Shown here in pieces: positions 59,129 through 61,079 of a DNA stretch of 61,079 nt. The notes under the pieces were generated by a model. The model was not told the DNA's origin and made no database searches. It worked only from the letters and a program-made list of their open reading frames with translations. Positions within the stretch are counted from its first letter, which is position 1, and each line of letters opens with the position of its first letter. This DNA comes from Thermoplasmata archaeon (GTDB lineage: Archaea; Thermoplasmatota; Thermoplasmata; Lutacidiplasmatales; UBA184): contig JAKIVR010000005.1 in the NCBI GenBank assembly GCA_022750455.1, forward strand, positions 1-61,079, given 5' to 3'. A program made the translations under genes and the position numbers.

Positions 59129-60514
59129 GTGGTGAGCTCTCCCCCACCCGTGGCCGCCCTCACCTTGCCCGGAGCGTTCGTACTGGCGAGGGACCCGGGA
59201 CTGACGGCCGCTCTCGCCGCCGAGTGGGGCCAGCATGGGAGCCTGCCGGAGCCGGTGTCGGTCACCGACCTGGTCGATCTGCGGCCGGCGTTCTTTCGCC
59301 GGTTCGCACCGGTGGCCCCCTCTCCCGACGTGGAGGCTCGTCGGGAATCGGGTCGGGTCGCGCATGAGGAGATCGAACGACTGCTCGCGCCCCCCGCCGA
59401 CCGCGAGGTGCGCCTGGAACGCGGGGGGATCGTCAGCCGTCTCGACGTGCTCGGCGATACGCCCACCGAACTGAAATGGACGGCCGATCCCCCGGCGGAT
59501 TCGGAGCTGCTCGCGCGTCGCCCTACCTACTTCGACCAGCTGGGAATGTACTGCGCGTTGTCCGGCCGGACCCATGGACGGCTCGTCGTCGTCTCGGGCG
59601 GCGTGGGGGAGAAGCCGAACGCCCGGGTGTACGCCTGCGAGTTCGGTTCCCTCGACCGGATGTGGGAATCGATGCTGCACCGGGCGTCCCTGCTGCGAAC
59701 CGCGTGGCAGACGAAGGACCCGGCCGGGCTGCCTCGCTGCTCGTGGTTTGGCCACGGCTGCGAGTTCCAACAGGCCGGCCGATGCTCGTGCCGTGGGGAT
59801 GAACCGACGGGAACGGACGCCGCCCACGAACATCTCTCGGCGTGGGCCCCGGATGAAGCGAGGTCCCGAGAGCTCCTCAACGGGATCGAACGGGCTCGCC
59901 AGGCACCGCCCTCCACCCCTCCGATCGCCCAGTTTCGCGAGATCCTCTACCCGCGCCGAACGTACTTCGAGCGGACCGCCCCGCCGGGATCGGCCCCTCC
60001 CGTCCCTTCGTTCCCCCTCCCGGCCCCCGGCGAACCTTCGTTCTCGGCCGTCCGATCCACGGTGGAAGCTCTGCCCGGAGCGTGGACCCGAGAGGTCGCG
60101 ACGGGGGGAGAGCCGGAGGAGACGGTGCCGTGTTTGGACCATCATCCCGTTCTGGTCAAGCTCTCTCGCGCGCGCCGCATGATCGCCGACACGGAGCTCG
60201 CCGGGCGGCAACCGCAGTACGTGCTCGAGCTCGGACTGCGGGCGGCCGCGGTGGGGGCCACCGAGGGCCGGCTGTTCTTGGTGTACGGAGCCGTTCCTCC
60301 GGGGGACTCGGTGCGAGCGTATACGATCCGATTCGATCCGGTCTCCCCGTGGACGTCCGAGCTGGACGGTCGAACGGCGGCGCTTCGGGAGGCCCTCCGT
60401 TCGAGGGATCCGTCGAAGCTCCCGGGCTGTCCGCGGTGGATGGCGGAGTCGTGTCCGTACTCTGCCGCCTGCGGCGGGGTTACCGGCTGCTCCGCCGCGT
60501 CCACCGATAGATGA
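59129..60514 (+). CDS. Tandem Cas4-like PD-(D/E)XK protein (one intact domain, one degenerate domain)
   Basis: Domain 1: SVTDL, GRVAH, RLD..ELK, QLGMY and a Cys cluster. Domain 2 has the same layout without the acidic catalytic residues and ends CPRW..SCPY..AC. Confidence 0.75.
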   Translation: MVSSPPPVAALTLPGAFVLARDPGLTAALAAEWGQHGSLPEPVSVTDLVDLRPAFFRRFAPVAPSPDVEARRESGRVAHEEIERLLAPPADREVRLERGGIVSRLDVLGDTPTELKWTADPPADSELLARRPTYFDQLGMYCALSGRTHGRLVVVSGGVGEKPNARVYACEFGSLDRMWESMLHRASLLRTAWQTKDPAGLPRCSWFGHGCEFQQAGRCSCRGDEPTGTDAAHEHLSAWAPDEARSRELLNGIERARQAPPSTPPIAQFREILYPRRTYFERTAPPGSAPPVPSFPLPAPGEPSFSAVRSTVEALPGAWTREVATGGEPEETVPCLDHHPVLVKLSRARRMIADTELAGRQPQYVLELGLRAAAVGATEGRLFLVYGAVPPGDSVRAYTIRFDPVSPWTSELDGRTAALREALRSRDPSKLPGCPRWMAESCPYSAACGGVTGCSAASTDR

Positions 60515-61079
60515 ACGTCGACTCGGGCGATCCGAACCCCAGTTGGGCATACAACGCGCGGGCCGGGAGGTTCGCCTGCGTCACCCACAGGCGGACCGAG
60601 GAGTACCCCAAGGCGGCCAGCGCCCGAAGGGTGCGCTGCAGGAGAGCCGAACCGATGCCATGGCGCCGCGCGGCCGGGTCGACCGCGAGCGAGACGAGCA
60701 CGGCCCGACGAGGGGTCTCCTCGACGGCGAGCAGGAATCCGACCAGCCGGCCGTTGTCATCGGCGACGGCGGTCGAAGCCAGGTCGAGGTAGCGTCCCAT
60801 CGTCCCCGAGCGGATCCCCTCCAGCATCTGGAGGTCCCCCTCTCGATTGTCCGGGAGAAGGAACGCATCGACCCCGTTCGCGAACGCGCGGCGGTCGAGA
60901 GCGGCGATCTCGGGGACCGGCACGTCCGGGATCGCGACGAACGAGTAGCCGGGGAGAGGACCCGGCTCCTCGGGGAGATCGTCGAGCGGGATCGCCCTCT
61001 CGAGGCCGAGACGCTACACCACGTCCCCCCCGGGGATGGTCCGCAGGGTCCGAGCGAGATCGACCTCCGCCGGCACCGA
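60480..61079 (-). pseudogene. GNAT acetyltransferase, 5'-truncated by the window edge, with an in-frame TAG at 61014-61016
   Basis: Motif A LAVDPAARRHGIGSALL and N.PARALY..LGF. The frame is open to the window edge except for one TAG (GDVV*RLGLER). Confidence 0.6.

Noticed and set aside
56128-59466. 1112-aa ORF suggesting a large ACAD fusion
   Set aside because: The N-terminal ~725 aa are an Arg/Pro-rich off-frame reading over nadB. The ACAD begins at GTG 57288.
1-61079. CRISPR array or cas operon linked to the Cas4-like genes
   Set aside because: No regularly spaced repeats and no cas1, cas2 or effector genes were seen.

Overview
This is a GC-rich archaeal chromosome segment. The archaeal assignment rests on TFB, SRP54, Csl4, Pth2, archaeal-type PheRS, PurP and phosphopantothenate synthetase, TATA-box promoters and BHB tRNA introns. 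The combination of rpe, membrane-anchored sedolisins and C-terminal Zn ribbons suggests Thermoplasmata, possibly an acid-soil lineage (inference). Most of the window is housekeeping plus a peptide-scavenging and amino-acid-catabolism set: two S53 proteases, an Opp/Dpp ABC system, an IVD-like acyl-CoA dehydrogenase, and methylmalonyl-CoA mutase and epimerase. No CRISPR array, integrase or transposase was seen. The strongest candidate for an undescribed system is a 10.6 kb cell-surface locus (41.7-52.3 kb). There, two paralogous Cys-rich vWA membrane proteins with a near-identical C-terminal TM plus tail ending GVGRFE flank a ~1980-aa repeat protein, and both upstream regions share an ungapped 47-nt motif built from palindromic GTGTCA/TGACAC half-sites. 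Other notable items: a tRNA-Ser(GGA) with a T-loop intron, a tandem active/inactive Cas4-like nuclease, a RecB-family nuclease with a PIP box, a peptide-binding protein with a prepilin-like leader, a Zn-ribbon protein with apolipoprotein-like 22-mer repeats, a C2H2 finger between two ACT paralogs, and an in-frame TAG in the last gene. All assignments are from motif recognition by eye; no searches were run.
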